A DNA stretch of 64,000 nucleotides from Candidatus Altiarchaeota archaeon (GTDB lineage Archaea > Altiarchaeota > Altiarchaeia > IMC4 > QMZM01). The stretch is from the NCBI GenBank assembly GCA_034659295.1, contig JAYEGX010000078.1:1175-65174 (forward strand), read 5' to 3'. Positions 8,831 through 17,993 of this stretch are shown piece by piece; positions within the stretch are counted from its first letter, which is position 1; the number at the start of each line of letters is the position of its first letter. The notes under the pieces were generated by a model. The model searched no databases and was not told where the DNA came from. It saw only the letters and a program-made list of their open reading frames with translations. The translations under genes and the position numbers were made by a program.

Positions 8831-9781
8831 TCAGAAGTCTCTTTCAGTTATGAAACCGGATAACTCAACCAGATCATCTCTCGCATCAGATTCTCTTAGT
8901 TTCATAAGGGAATCACCTGCTTTCCTGCAGTAGTAGTCCATCCGTTCCCTGCAGTAGTTCATGGCTCTGGATTTCTCTATTAGTGAAATAGCCTTCCTCA
9001 CCTCAACATCTGTGTTATCCTTCTTTGATAGTATAACAGTGAGCTTTTCTCTTTGCTCATCATCCAGAAGCTCCAGGGCCTTGATTACCAAAAGATTTTT
9101 CTTACCCTCGATTACGTCGCTCCCAACGGGCTTGCCCAGTTTCTCCTCGTCCGCTGTCACGCCCAATACGTCGTCTTTTATCTGGAAGGCTAGGCCAACG
9201 TTCAATCCGAATGATGCTAGACAGTCTATCTCATCCTCTGAGCCGTTGCCGAGAACCGCTCCAGACCTAACAGCTGCCTCCAGTAAAACAGCGGTCTTGC
9301 CCTCTATCATCTCGATGTATTCCTGTTCTGTGACATCCACCCTCTCCTCGAAGGACATGTCCATCTCCTGACCTTCACAGATTCTGGCACTGGCCCTGGC
9401 AAGAATCTTTGTCGCCCTGTTATCACATAACTCAAAAGCCTTCGAGAACAACAGATCCCCTGCAAGAATAGCTGTAGCATGCCCGTAAACCTTGTGCACT
9501 GATTTTTTCCCTCTCCTAAGATCGTCGTTGTCCATTATGTCGTCATGGATCAACGTGAAGTTATGGGTTAATTCTAGGGCGGCGGCAGTTGAGAAAGCAT
9601 CCTCTTCGGTCCCGCCAACGGCCCTGCAGGCCAGGATACATAAAAGAGGTCTGACCCTCTTCCCTCCTGCAGTGATAATGTGACTGGATGCATTATAAAG
9701 GTTTTCCGGCTTACCCTCCAAAGTGGATTCTATGATAGAATCAACTTCCCCCATAACCGGCTGGAACCTGGAAAAATCCAT
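8831..9781 (-). CDS. idsA: short-chain (E)-polyprenyl diphosphate synthase, probably GGPP synthase
   Basis: First and second Asp-rich motifs LIHDDIMDNDDLRRGK and QIKDDVLG; 316 aa. Confidence 0.8.
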   Translation of the reverse strand: MDFSRFQPVMGEVDSIIESTLEGKPENLYNASSHIITAGGKRVRPLLCILACRAVGGTEEDAFSTAAALELTHNFTLIHDDIMDNDDLRRGKKSVHKVYGHATAILAGDLLFSKAFELCDNRATKILARASARICEGQEMDMSFEERVDVTEQEYIEMIEGKTAVLLEAAVRSGAVLGNGSEDEIDCLASFGLNVGLAFQIKDDVLGVTADEEKLGKPVGSDVIEGKKNLLVIKALELLDDEQREKLTVILSKKDNTDVEVRKAISLIEKSRAMNYCRERMDYYCRKAGDSLMKLRESDARDDLVELSGFITERDF

Positions 9782-9810
9782 TTAATATAATATGTTTATC
9801 AGGTAATAAG

Positions 9811-12645
9811 TTAGGGCCTGTATCCGGAAACTACCTCCTCAAGTTTCTCAAAGGAGCCGCCTCCAACAGCAAACCTCTTGTTTCCGCTTGCTCCTCCACC
9901 AAGTCTTTTACAGATTTCCTGGGCTGTATCAGAAGCACTATATCTTGAGTCTGAGGCTACAATAATATTTGCTTTTCCATCGCTCTTGTTTGCTATAATT
10001 ATTAGTGTATTCTTCTTAAGGAGAGAGTTAGCCAGCTTGTTGAGGTTTTTAACATCCAGACCCCTGGTTAAATGTTTCACCACATTAACACCATCAACCA
10101 CTGAATAATCTGATTCAAGCTTTATCCTGAGCTCTTCTTTAATTTTTTCAAAAAGACCCTCCCTCAGTTTTAGTATGTCTTTCTTCTGCTGTTTCCATTC
10201 ACTAAATAGCTGGCTGCAGGACTTGAATGCATCACCTGCGGGGAGTTTTTTGTATCTTTTGCTGTATGCGCCGGCTTTTTCTATTGACTCCTCCAGTTCC
10301 CTGATTTTATCCATGTTCTGCTGCCATTCACCCCTAAAGCGCTTAAGTGTTGAAGGCAGCTTTTCTATGGAAACCGAGAATATGGCTGCAAGCTCCATTA
10401 AGTCCCCCTCACCAAGATGATGGAGGTCTATCTCGCAGGCTATCTCTTTTATACCCTTCCTATGCCTCTCAAGAGCCGCTCCTGCCTTGTATTCTAATCT
10501 CACAACACCGTCCTGTATCCTCTTCGCCCTCGTGATCTGGATGCATCCAAGCGAGCTCGTAGAATCGAAATGTGTTCCCCCGCAGGCCTCAACATCCCAG
10601 TCCTTGATATCAACTATTCTAATCTCTTTCCCGGGAACTGCTCCACCCTGGTATATGGTAAACCCGTATTTCTCTTCCGCATCATTGCGGTTCATGAAGT
10701 ATTTTGTTATAGGCCTGTCCTCCCTGATTACCTTATTGGCAAGATACTCTATCTCCTTTATCTCTTTATCGGTGAGGGATGCGTAGTGTGTGATATCCAG
10801 TCTGCTTAAATCCTCGCTCTTGTGGGCGCCAGCCTGCCATACGTGATTCCCTAAGACCCTCCTAGCGGCTCCGTTGATTATGTGGGTTGCGGTATGGTGT
10901 TTCATCAACTGGATCCTACGGTCCCAGTTGATCTCGCAGCTTACCATCACACCCTCACTTAACCCGTCAGGTTTCTTAACTTTGTGTAGTACAACATTCC
11001 CCCGTTTTATCACTTCTGTGACATCTTTTCCATCTATCTCACCAAGGTCCGTCTCTTGGCCCCCGCCCTCGGGATAAAAGAAGGTTTTATCCAACACAAC
11101 ATAATTATCAAATAATTTAACTATTTTCGCCCTGAATTTTCTCTTTCCCTCATCCAGATGGAATGCAAGCTCTGTAGGCTCTAAACCGGGTGGGAGACTT
11201 ACTCCCTCAACATCCTCTTCCTTCTTGGGTGTGGTGTGTTTCTTGGCGACCTGAATGAAAAAGTCGTCTGGTATCTCCACCTTCATAGCAGAGAACTCAG
11301 CCACCAGCTCAGGAACAAGCCCGTGTGAATCATAGAAGTAGATTAAGTCCCCTGTCGAAACCTCATCAGTTCCCTCAGACTTAAGCCCATCATCAAATCG
11401 TTCAACAATCTTCCTCCCCTTGATGACTGTTTTATCGTATCTATTCTCCTCCACCTCAGCCAGATTTAATATATCTCCCCTGTTCGCCCTGAACTCAGGG
11501 AAATTGTTTTCCAGGCTCTTAATCTGCCAGCCGATTACCTCATGAAGGGGTAATTTAAGGCCCAGGTTTTTCAGGGACCTAATAGCCCTCCGAACCAGCA
11601 ATCTGGCAAAATATCCTTCCTTCACGTTGGAGGGGACCACCCCGTCATTGAACATGAATGTCAGGGCCTTTGTGTGGTCTCCCACAGCATAAAGGTCTTC
11701 AAAGGGTTTGGTTACTGAGACAAGCTTATCCAGGGGGATACCGATGTTATTTGCCACACGCTTCCTTAACTGCTTCAGGTCAGCGTTTGATTCCACGTTC
11801 ATCGATCCAGCTATCCGGGAGTATTCCCCCAGGATATTATGGTCTTCATCCAACTTAAGCTCTTTTTTAAGCCGCTTAAGCACTTCTGGCATAACCGCTT
11901 CATATGCATTGGATGTGCCTTGTGAGACCCACGCAAACCTCTCCAGACCATATCCTGTGTCAACCACCTGCATATCCATCTCCCTCCTGCCAGATGAGGT
12001 GTCCTCATACATCATGAATACTAGGGTTGCAAGCTCCACCCCGTTGACGATAACCTCGAAGCAGGGTCCTGAGTTTCCTCCGCCAGACCACTCGTCCTCG
12101 ATGTAGGTTACATCCCCACCTGCTATGCCAAGCTCAAGTAGGAGGTTATGGCATAACTCAACGGTTTCGTCCCTGAAATAAATCTTCTCTTCTGAGGTGT
12201 TGAAGGCATGATGTGCCATCATCTCGAACATGGTGAAATGACGCCCTGTTTTCCCGACGTTATCTATGTCGTTAAACCTCAGCGCGGTTTGGCTCATCAC
12301 CAGAGGGTTCGCTGGAGGCTTTATTGTTCCATTAAGAACCCAGGGCTGGAAGCACGAGACTGAGGCTATGGAGAAAAATATGTCATCCCTCCATCTGGCA
12401 ACCACAGGATACCTGCTGATTCGTTCATGACCGTGTTTCTCGAAGAATCCCAGATAAATTTCCCTCATCTCGTTGAGCTCAATTCTTTTTTTGGTTGGCG
12501 GGTTATCTATGAAAGAGTACTCGCTGCAGGGGGGCTCTCCGCAGTCTACTCCCTCACCCAGGGTCCAGAAGTATTTACCGCACTTGGGGCATCTTTTCCT
12601 GCTGAAACCCTGCTCCCTGAAAAGCTCAACCTCATAGTCGGACAT
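9811..12645 (-). CDS. alaS: alanine-tRNA ligase (archaeal type)
   Basis: 944 aa. Archaeal N-terminus with Zn-ribbon-like CPKCGKYFW, HHTATH editing-site motif and C-terminal DHHA1-like domain. Confidence 0.95.
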   Translation of the reverse strand: MSDYEVELFREQGFSRKRCPKCGKYFWTLGEGVDCGEPPCSEYSFIDNPPTKKRIELNEMREIYLGFFEKHGHERISRYPVVARWRDDIFFSIASVSCFQPWVLNGTIKPPANPLVMSQTALRFNDIDNVGKTGRHFTMFEMMAHHAFNTSEEKIYFRDETVELCHNLLLELGIAGGDVTYIEDEWSGGGNSGPCFEVIVNGVELATLVFMMYEDTSSGRREMDMQVVDTGYGLERFAWVSQGTSNAYEAVMPEVLKRLKKELKLDEDHNILGEYSRIAGSMNVESNADLKQLRKRVANNIGIPLDKLVSVTKPFEDLYAVGDHTKALTFMFNDGVVPSNVKEGYFARLLVRRAIRSLKNLGLKLPLHEVIGWQIKSLENNFPEFRANRGDILNLAEVEENRYDKTVIKGRKIVERFDDGLKSEGTDEVSTGDLIYFYDSHGLVPELVAEFSAMKVEIPDDFFIQVAKKHTTPKKEEDVEGVSLPPGLEPTELAFHLDEGKRKFRAKIVKLFDNYVVLDKTFFYPEGGGQETDLGEIDGKDVTEVIKRGNVVLHKVKKPDGLSEGVMVSCEINWDRRIQLMKHHTATHIINGAARRVLGNHVWQAGAHKSEDLSRLDITHYASLTDKEIKEIEYLANKVIREDRPITKYFMNRNDAEEKYGFTIYQGGAVPGKEIRIVDIKDWDVEACGGTHFDSTSSLGCIQITRAKRIQDGVVRLEYKAGAALERHRKGIKEIACEIDLHHLGEGDLMELAAIFSVSIEKLPSTLKRFRGEWQQNMDKIRELEESIEKAGAYSKRYKKLPAGDAFKSCSQLFSEWKQQKKDILKLREGLFEKIKEELRIKLESDYSVVDGVNVVKHLTRGLDVKNLNKLANSLLKKNTLIIIANKSDGKANIIVASDSRYSASDTAQEICKRLGGGASGNKRFAVGGGSFEKLEEVVSGYRP

Positions 12646-12718
12646 TACTATTAAGAATCAGATTAAATGTTAAAATCCAGAAAACATTTTTATGCTGTTT
12701 TGACATACCTGCACTTTC

Positions 12719-13654
12719 CTAGCCTTCAAATTTGGTTCTATATGAATAAAGTGTCATCAACCCAACTAAGACACCGAACCAGAGTGTACAGGATCTTATC
12801 ACCAAAGTTGCACCAACAGCAATCTCCTTCGGAGTTCCATCTATTATAAGCAACCATGTCATACTTCCCTCTGTCATACCTAAGCCTCCTGGAATCATGG
12901 ATAGGACGCCTGCTATTGTGGAGAAACTAAAAACGAACATAGATGCAAGCAGGGATACATCCATATTGAATCCCTTTAAAACAAAAAACAACGCCAAACA
13001 CTCAAAGAACCAGGAAATCATACTCAACAAAACAGCAATCAACAGATTCTTCAAAGTGAAAAGTGTGTATGCGCTCTCATATAATGTATGAATGTTTTCT
13101 GAAAATTTTGATATAAAATGAACTCCCGCAATCAAATCGATTATTTGCAAGCAGATTTTCTTTGATTGAATTACTAAAATCGCAAGCAAAATAGATACTA
13201 TTACAAACAAAAGCACCTCTCTACCATATGCGAAAGTGGAAAAACCAATGGATGCAAGAATAATCAGCCCAATTAAATCAGTCACTCTTTCCGCAAACAC
13301 AATTGGAGCAGACCTGCTTATTTCAGTGCCGTTCAACTTCTTCAACAAATAAGACTTGAGAAGTTCTCCAAACTTGGCAGGTGTTACAGACATGGCTAAT
13401 CCACTAAAAAATATGATTACACTACCCTTCCGGTTTATGCTAAGCCCTATCTTCTTCAGATAATAATCCCATTTGAAAAATCTGAAAATATAGTTTAAAA
13501 ATATGAGAAAAATAATTAATGGAATATATGTCCATTTAAAGCTACAAAAAGCTGTTATCATGTTGTTTATATTTGCATAGATTGACAAGGCAACAAAAAT
13601 ACCAATCCCGATGATAATAGATAGCAATAATCTGTTTCTTATCTTATTCAGCAT
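12719..13654 (-). CDS. LPG-synthase-TM / flippase-like (UPF0104) polytopic membrane protein
   Basis: About 8 TM helices; the family is commonly linked to GT2 genes. The ATG at 13654 is preceded by GGGGGGGGGTGA (RBS-like). The track start at 13699 is less likely. Confidence 0.5.
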   Translation of the reverse strand: MLNKIRNRLLLSIIIGIGIFVALSIYANINNMITAFCSFKWTYIPLIIFLIFLNYIFRFFKWDYYLKKIGLSINRKGSVIIFFSGLAMSVTPAKFGELLKSYLLKKLNGTEISRSAPIVFAERVTDLIGLIILASIGFSTFAYGREVLLFVIVSILLAILVIQSKKICLQIIDLIAGVHFISKFSENIHTLYESAYTLFTLKNLLIAVLLSMISWFFECLALFFVLKGFNMDVSLLASMFVFSFSTIAGVLSMIPGGLGMTEGSMTWLLIIDGTPKEIAVGATLVIRSCTLWFGVLVGLMTLYSYRTKFEG

Positions 13655-13704
13655 ATTTTCACCCCCCCCCATGTCTAATCCAGGTAATAGCATTAGCATT
13701 ACTT

Positions 13705-14814
13705 CTAATTCATAATTTTGTCACAAACATCAACCCAAACTCTCATGTTATTTGTTACTTGGTGAAAATAGTCCTTCTCTCCGTCATTAAACTCACGACT
13801 GCAATTAATTTCCTCTTTAAGTTGCTCAGCTAACTCTAAATATGCATTAGAATATGTTTTCTCCCTTAACTTTATGGATTCGATTATTGGAACTAGCTTA
13901 TCTGTTAGTATCATACCCCCTAGTTCATTTTGTAAATCTTTGAATAAATCGTGGATATTCCGGCGATGGTCTGTTAGAGGATATCCGAAGGTTACTTTAT
14001 CTCCTACTTGATCGATTACTTTTTTAGCGAAGAAACCAGACCAAATATCTCCGTAACGGTCCAAATCATATCCATTTATCCGTGCCCCCATCACTATGTA
14101 ATAATAACAAGGAAGAACCTCTCGGTGAAATGCAGTATTTTGTGTATTAATCGGGGAAAAAGTCTCCGATGCTAACATAATTTGCTCTGAATTCATCGCA
14201 ACAGTTTTTACTGGCTCATTCAGATTAGTCACAGCATCTACATCAGGGCATCCAAGCCATAGACCAGCGTTAATAACCACCCTACCTGTTGAGTTGGAAA
14301 AACTAGCATCATCCATCCAACGTTTTGAGTAGGGAAATCCCCGAGGATATATTATTCTCTTCGGATCTGTTTCTAACATGGAACAGGGATTAAACCACTG
14401 ATTAGAAGATTTTACAGTTTTTAAGGTCTGGGTTGTGCCAACAATTTGATGCCCGGCTAAATAATCCCCATCCCTAACGTAATTATCATCGTCAATAGAT
14501 ACAATGATTTCAGCTCCTTGTTCAACTGCAATGAGGTATCCAATATTTCTTCGATTATCTGAGTTATAGGGGATCATTTGCTTTAATTCAGGGAAACATT
14601 GCAGCCATTTTTCTTGTTTTAGAACATCAAAATATTCTGCCTCAAATCCTTTATCTTGGATATTACTGATTATAGTCTCACTCTCCTTAGGGGTTTTTAA
14701 ATCACCTATCATAATAAACTCTACATCTCCAGGGTTATGTTTCTCAAAATTCTTTGCATATTCCTCTAACAGGTAAGGAATATGTATTGTTGTTAAGACT
14801 ATAGCTGTTTTCAC
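13705..14814 (-). CDS. GT75 / reversibly-glycosylated-polypeptide (UDP-arabinopyranose mutase)-like protein
   Basis: Collinear matches to plant RGP as I recall it: IVSIDDDNYV (IFTIDDDCFV), YPRGFPYS (VRGYPFS), NAGLWLGCPDVDAVTNL (HGLWLNIPDYDAPTQL), NTAFHREV (NLAFDREL), RYGDIWSGFFAKKV (RYDDMWAGWCVKV), YLELAEQLKEE (YLELSKQVKEK). Confidence 0.65.
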   Translation of the reverse strand: MKTAIVLTTIHIPYLLEEYAKNFEKHNPGDVEFIMIGDLKTPKESETIISNIQDKGFEAEYFDVLKQEKWLQCFPELKQMIPYNSDNRRNIGYLIAVEQGAEIIVSIDDDNYVRDGDYLAGHQIVGTTQTLKTVKSSNQWFNPCSMLETDPKRIIYPRGFPYSKRWMDDASFSNSTGRVVINAGLWLGCPDVDAVTNLNEPVKTVAMNSEQIMLASETFSPINTQNTAFHREVLPCYYYIVMGARINGYDLDRYGDIWSGFFAKKVIDQVGDKVTFGYPLTDHRRNIHDLFKDLQNELGGMILTDKLVPIIESIKLREKTYSNAYLELAEQLKEEINCSREFNDGEKDYFHQVTNNMRVWVDVCDKIMN

Positions 14815-14829
14815 TCCATCACCTTTTTA

Positions 14830-15882
14830 CTAACGCTCTATAAGGAGGGTCTCTAAATTTGTTTTCAGTTTTTCTATATCATTATTCATAAAATACCACT
14901 CAACGGTCTTTTCAAATCCCTCTTTATATGAGAGCTTAGGCTCCCAACCCAGAATTCTTTTTGTCTTCGTCAAATCTGCCGCCCTCGAAGCAACACCTTG
15001 TGGTTTAGATAAATCATGTTTGATTTCCTCCGGCATCCACCCGACTATATCAAATATCAGTTCAGCTGCTTGATTGATTGTAATCCTATCGCTTCTACCC
15101 GCATTTACAGGTGTACCATCCTCTATCTTCTCTGCAGCAAGAATCATCGCATCCACTATATCCTGAACATAAGTAAAGTTTCTGTCTTGTTCCCCTGTCC
15201 CCCAGATAACATAAGGATCTGTCTTAATAAACGCTTTGGAAATTAAGGCTATAATCGCATGTGTCTCGTTCTCTCTTGATCCATATGCAGTAAAAATCCT
15301 TACGGAAGATGTTTTCATCCCGTATTGCCTATGATATGCCTTTAGAGCCATCTCCCCCATCAATTTTGCCCATCCATATTCCAAATCAGCAAATGCCTTG
15401 TCTCTGACAAATGTATCTGCATCATCCTCCTTAAGGAGATAAGATGAACCTGTCTCCTCCTGCAGATAAGAGGGATAGACACAGGCTGAACTGGCAAAGC
15501 ATATCCTTTCCACTTCCGCTTTATGTGCTTCCTCAAAGACTAACTGATCCAATATCATATTAGTACAGCATTGCGCAGGATGTGTGTCAATATAGCCTCT
15601 CCCACCATGCAAAGCTGCCAGATGAAAGACAACATCAACATTTTCCATCATGCGCCGTGTAAAAGACTTTTCTTTGAGATCTCCTCGCCAGACTGTAAGA
15701 TTGTTTGAAACCAATGCACCTGAGTTATCCTTTTCCAGAGGATATTCTAAATTGCTGAGTTCACCACTTGAGAAATCATCAGCTATTTTAACTATCGCTC
15801 CTGTTTCTAACAGCGTATCCACCAAATGGCTGCCTATAAACGAAGCCCCTCCAGTCACCAATACTGTTTTATCTTTCCACAT
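14830..15882 (-). CDS. NAD-dependent nucleotide-sugar epimerase/dehydratase (extended SDR)
   Basis: VLVTGGASFIGSHL Rossmann motif and YGWAK catalytic Y-x3-K. C-terminal P-x-GV-x-R-x-D...LGW-x-P block resembles the GDP-mannose-3,5-epimerase/UXS clade. Confidence 0.8.
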   Translation of the reverse strand: MWKDKTVLVTGGASFIGSHLVDTLLETGAIVKIADDFSSGELSNLEYPLEKDNSGALVSNNLTVWRGDLKEKSFTRRMMENVDVVFHLAALHGGRGYIDTHPAQCCTNMILDQLVFEEAHKAEVERICFASSACVYPSYLQEETGSSYLLKEDDADTFVRDKAFADLEYGWAKLMGEMALKAYHRQYGMKTSSVRIFTAYGSRENETHAIIALISKAFIKTDPYVIWGTGEQDRNFTYVQDIVDAMILAAEKIEDGTPVNAGRSDRITINQAAELIFDIVGWMPEEIKHDLSKPQGVASRAADLTKTKRILGWEPKLSYKEGFEKTVEWYFMNNDIEKLKTNLETLLIER

Positions 15883-16846
15883 TTAGTTCCTCTCTTATCC
15901 ATTGATAAGTCCTTCCAAGCCCTTCATCTAAAGGAATCCTAGGGACCCAACTAAGGATCTCCTTCATTTTTATTGTGTTCGCACAATACATGTGCGTTCC
16001 CTGAGGACCTGATAGGTCATATTGTATATTTATATCCTTGCATACTAACTCAATTATTTTCTCAGCTAATTTTCCTATGGAAATCACTTCTTCACTCCCT
16101 AGATTGATAGCATCTCCATCTGTAATCTTTTCCATGGTTGATATAAAGCCGTCAACACAATCCCCAACATACAAAAAAGCCCGTTCTTGTTTGCCATCTC
16201 CAAACACACTAAATTTCTCTCTAGGATAAAGAATCGCCTTTCTAATGAGAGAAGGAATGACATGAGACCACTTTGGATCAATGCTCTCATTTTCACCGTA
16301 GCAATTAAAAATCCTGACACTCGAAGTTTTAATCCCATAGTCAAGATAATACGACCTGCACTGGATTTCACCCATAATCTTTGCCCAACCATAGGTAGTT
16401 GGTGGATTCGCAGGAAAAGCGTCTTCTTCTTTGAACCGGTTGAGGTCTGAACTTTCTTCTCTATATACGCATGCAGAGCTTGCAAAAAGAAATCGTTCTA
16501 TATCATTCTTGACTGCTGCCTCCAACATATTTGTATTCATCAGAATACTTGAGGTGGAACATTCTACGTTTTCCTTTTTAATGTAGTGGATACCTCCCAC
16601 CGATGCAGCTAGATGAAAGACATAATCAATATCCTTTGTCGCTAACATGCAGTTTTCTAATCTAGTTAAATCCACGGGATACACCTGTATTCTATCTAAG
16701 AACGACTTGATATTCTCTTCTCTTCCTCTGGAAAAATTATCCGCAACATATACATTGCATCCCATATCCAGCAATTTCTTTACTAGGTGCGAGCCTATAA
16801 AGCCGGCTCCGCCGGTAACTAAAACCTCTTTCCCTTTCCAGTTCAT
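15869..16846 (-). CDS. NAD-dependent nucleotide-sugar epimerase/dehydratase (extended SDR), paralog of the downstream gene
   Basis: VLVTGGAGFIGSHL and YGWAK; 325 aa. Overlaps neighbours on both sides. Confidence 0.8.
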   Translation of the reverse strand: MNWKGKEVLVTGGAGFIGSHLVKKLLDMGCNVYVADNFSRGREENIKSFLDRIQVYPVDLTRLENCMLATKDIDYVFHLAASVGGIHYIKKENVECSTSSILMNTNMLEAAVKNDIERFLFASSACVYREESSDLNRFKEEDAFPANPPTTYGWAKIMGEIQCRSYYLDYGIKTSSVRIFNCYGENESIDPKWSHVIPSLIRKAILYPREKFSVFGDGKQERAFLYVGDCVDGFISTMEKITDGDAINLGSEEVISIGKLAEKIIELVCKDINIQYDLSGPQGTHMYCANTIKMKEILSWVPRIPLDEGLGRTYQWIREELNVER

Positions 16847-17562
16847 TCTTGGATGAATATTAGTTTATGGTTTCTTTTAACCTTAAACAATTCTTTGAGG
16901 GCATTAATCAAGGATTTAAAAGAGAATCTGGATTTGGAGCCAGTGTAGTGTATGGGAATTTCTGTGGTATTGAATTTCTTACAATAGTATCTCATTTCGG
17001 TTTGATAGAAATGTCCTGTAGACAAGAAGGCGTCGAAGTTAAGTTGCTTGAGAACCTCAGCCCTGAATGCCTGGAATCCGCTGGTCATATCCCTTAAATT
17101 TGTTTTTAGGTAGATATTAGCAACTTTTGTTCCAAGCCAGCTGAGAGAAATTCTGTGGGGGGGGTGGTTGATGAATTTCCCTCCTTCTATGAAGCGAGAG
17201 CCGAATACACAATCATAGCCTTCATCGAGTTTATCCACAAAAAGAGGAATCTGTTCAGGCATATGGCTGTTTCCCGCATCCATTTCTATGACGTATTCCG
17301 CACTATTCTTCAATGCGTATTTGAATCCGTGAAAGTACGCGGGAATTGCGCCAATACCATCTCTATTGTAGAGAAGCCTGATTTTTTCGGGATGGTCTCT
17401 CCCAAAATCCTCGATAATTCCTTGTGTGTTGTCTTGTGAGTACCTGTCTATGACTGGGGTAACAATTAGATCATCCATCTCTAATCTTAATATGCGAGTT
17501 AGTGTGTCTGCTATTGTCTCTTCTTCATTCCCCACAGGCATAACTATAAATATTTTTTTCAT
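16843..17562 (-). CDS. GT2 polyprenyl-phosphate glycosyltransferase (Dpm1/AglD-like)
   Basis: IVMPVGNEEETI, EMDAGNSH (DxD-type) and GSRF blocks typical of dolichyl-phosphate sugar synthases; 239 aa, soluble. Confidence 0.8.
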   Translation of the reverse strand: MKKIFIVMPVGNEEETIADTLTRILRLEMDDLIVTPVIDRYSQDNTQGIIEDFGRDHPEKIRLLYNRDGIGAIPAYFHGFKYALKNSAEYVIEMDAGNSHMPEQIPLFVDKLDEGYDCVFGSRFIEGGKFINHPPHRISLSWLGTKVANIYLKTNLRDMTSGFQAFRAEVLKQLNFDAFLSTGHFYQTEMRYYCKKFNTTEIPIHYTGSKSRFSFKSLINALKELFKVKRNHKLIFIQE

Positions 17563-17993
17563 TTGCTGCTACCTATACATCTACGATTTAGAATATAGCC
17601 TAATGAATTGAACTTCCCAATAAATGTCATTAAGGTGAACAGAAGTATTGCTGCTATGGAAAGTATGATGGAAAAATATATGCCTGTGAAATATATTTCA
17701 TGCGTAAAAAAATATAAAGCAGACAACAACAATATCCACAAGGGATTAGTGTAAACCGGGACTCTTTCTGATGTATTCCAAGTCAGGCCGTATCCATTTA
17801 CAAAATTATCAACTGTTCTAAAACCTATGTAGGCGTCGTCGCAGACCCACGCATTCCTGATTACAACAACAGTGAATAATAAAACAAAAAGAATCATATT
17901 CAGGATTTCAGATGCATCCTCTCTGATTTCGAGTTTATCTATTCCGGCTTCAATTTTTTTATGGATGGAGGATACATATCCAAGATCATCCAT
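17559..17993 (-). CDS. small membrane protein resembling the N-terminal TM1/first-loop module of GT-C glycosyltransferases
   Basis: 144 aa, 3-4 TM helices. NAWVCDDAYIGFRTVDNFVNGYGLTWNTSERVPVYTNPLWILLL resembles the DDAxIxFR...G-x-G...N-x-x-ER-x(3-4)-T-N-x-LW first-loop motif that I recall from bacterial GT-C membrane glycosyltransferases. Confidence 0.4.
   Translation of the reverse strand: MDDLGYVSSIHKKIEAGIDKLEIREDASEILNMILFVLLFTVVVIRNAWVCDDAYIGFRTVDNFVNGYGLTWNTSERVPVYTNPLWILLLSALYFFTHEIYFTGIYFSIILSIAAILLFTLMTFIGKFNSLGYILNRRCIGSSK

Noticed and set aside
8961-9371. 136-aa Ser-rich ORF on the plus strand
   Set aside because: Antisense to the polyprenyl synthase gene, low complexity.
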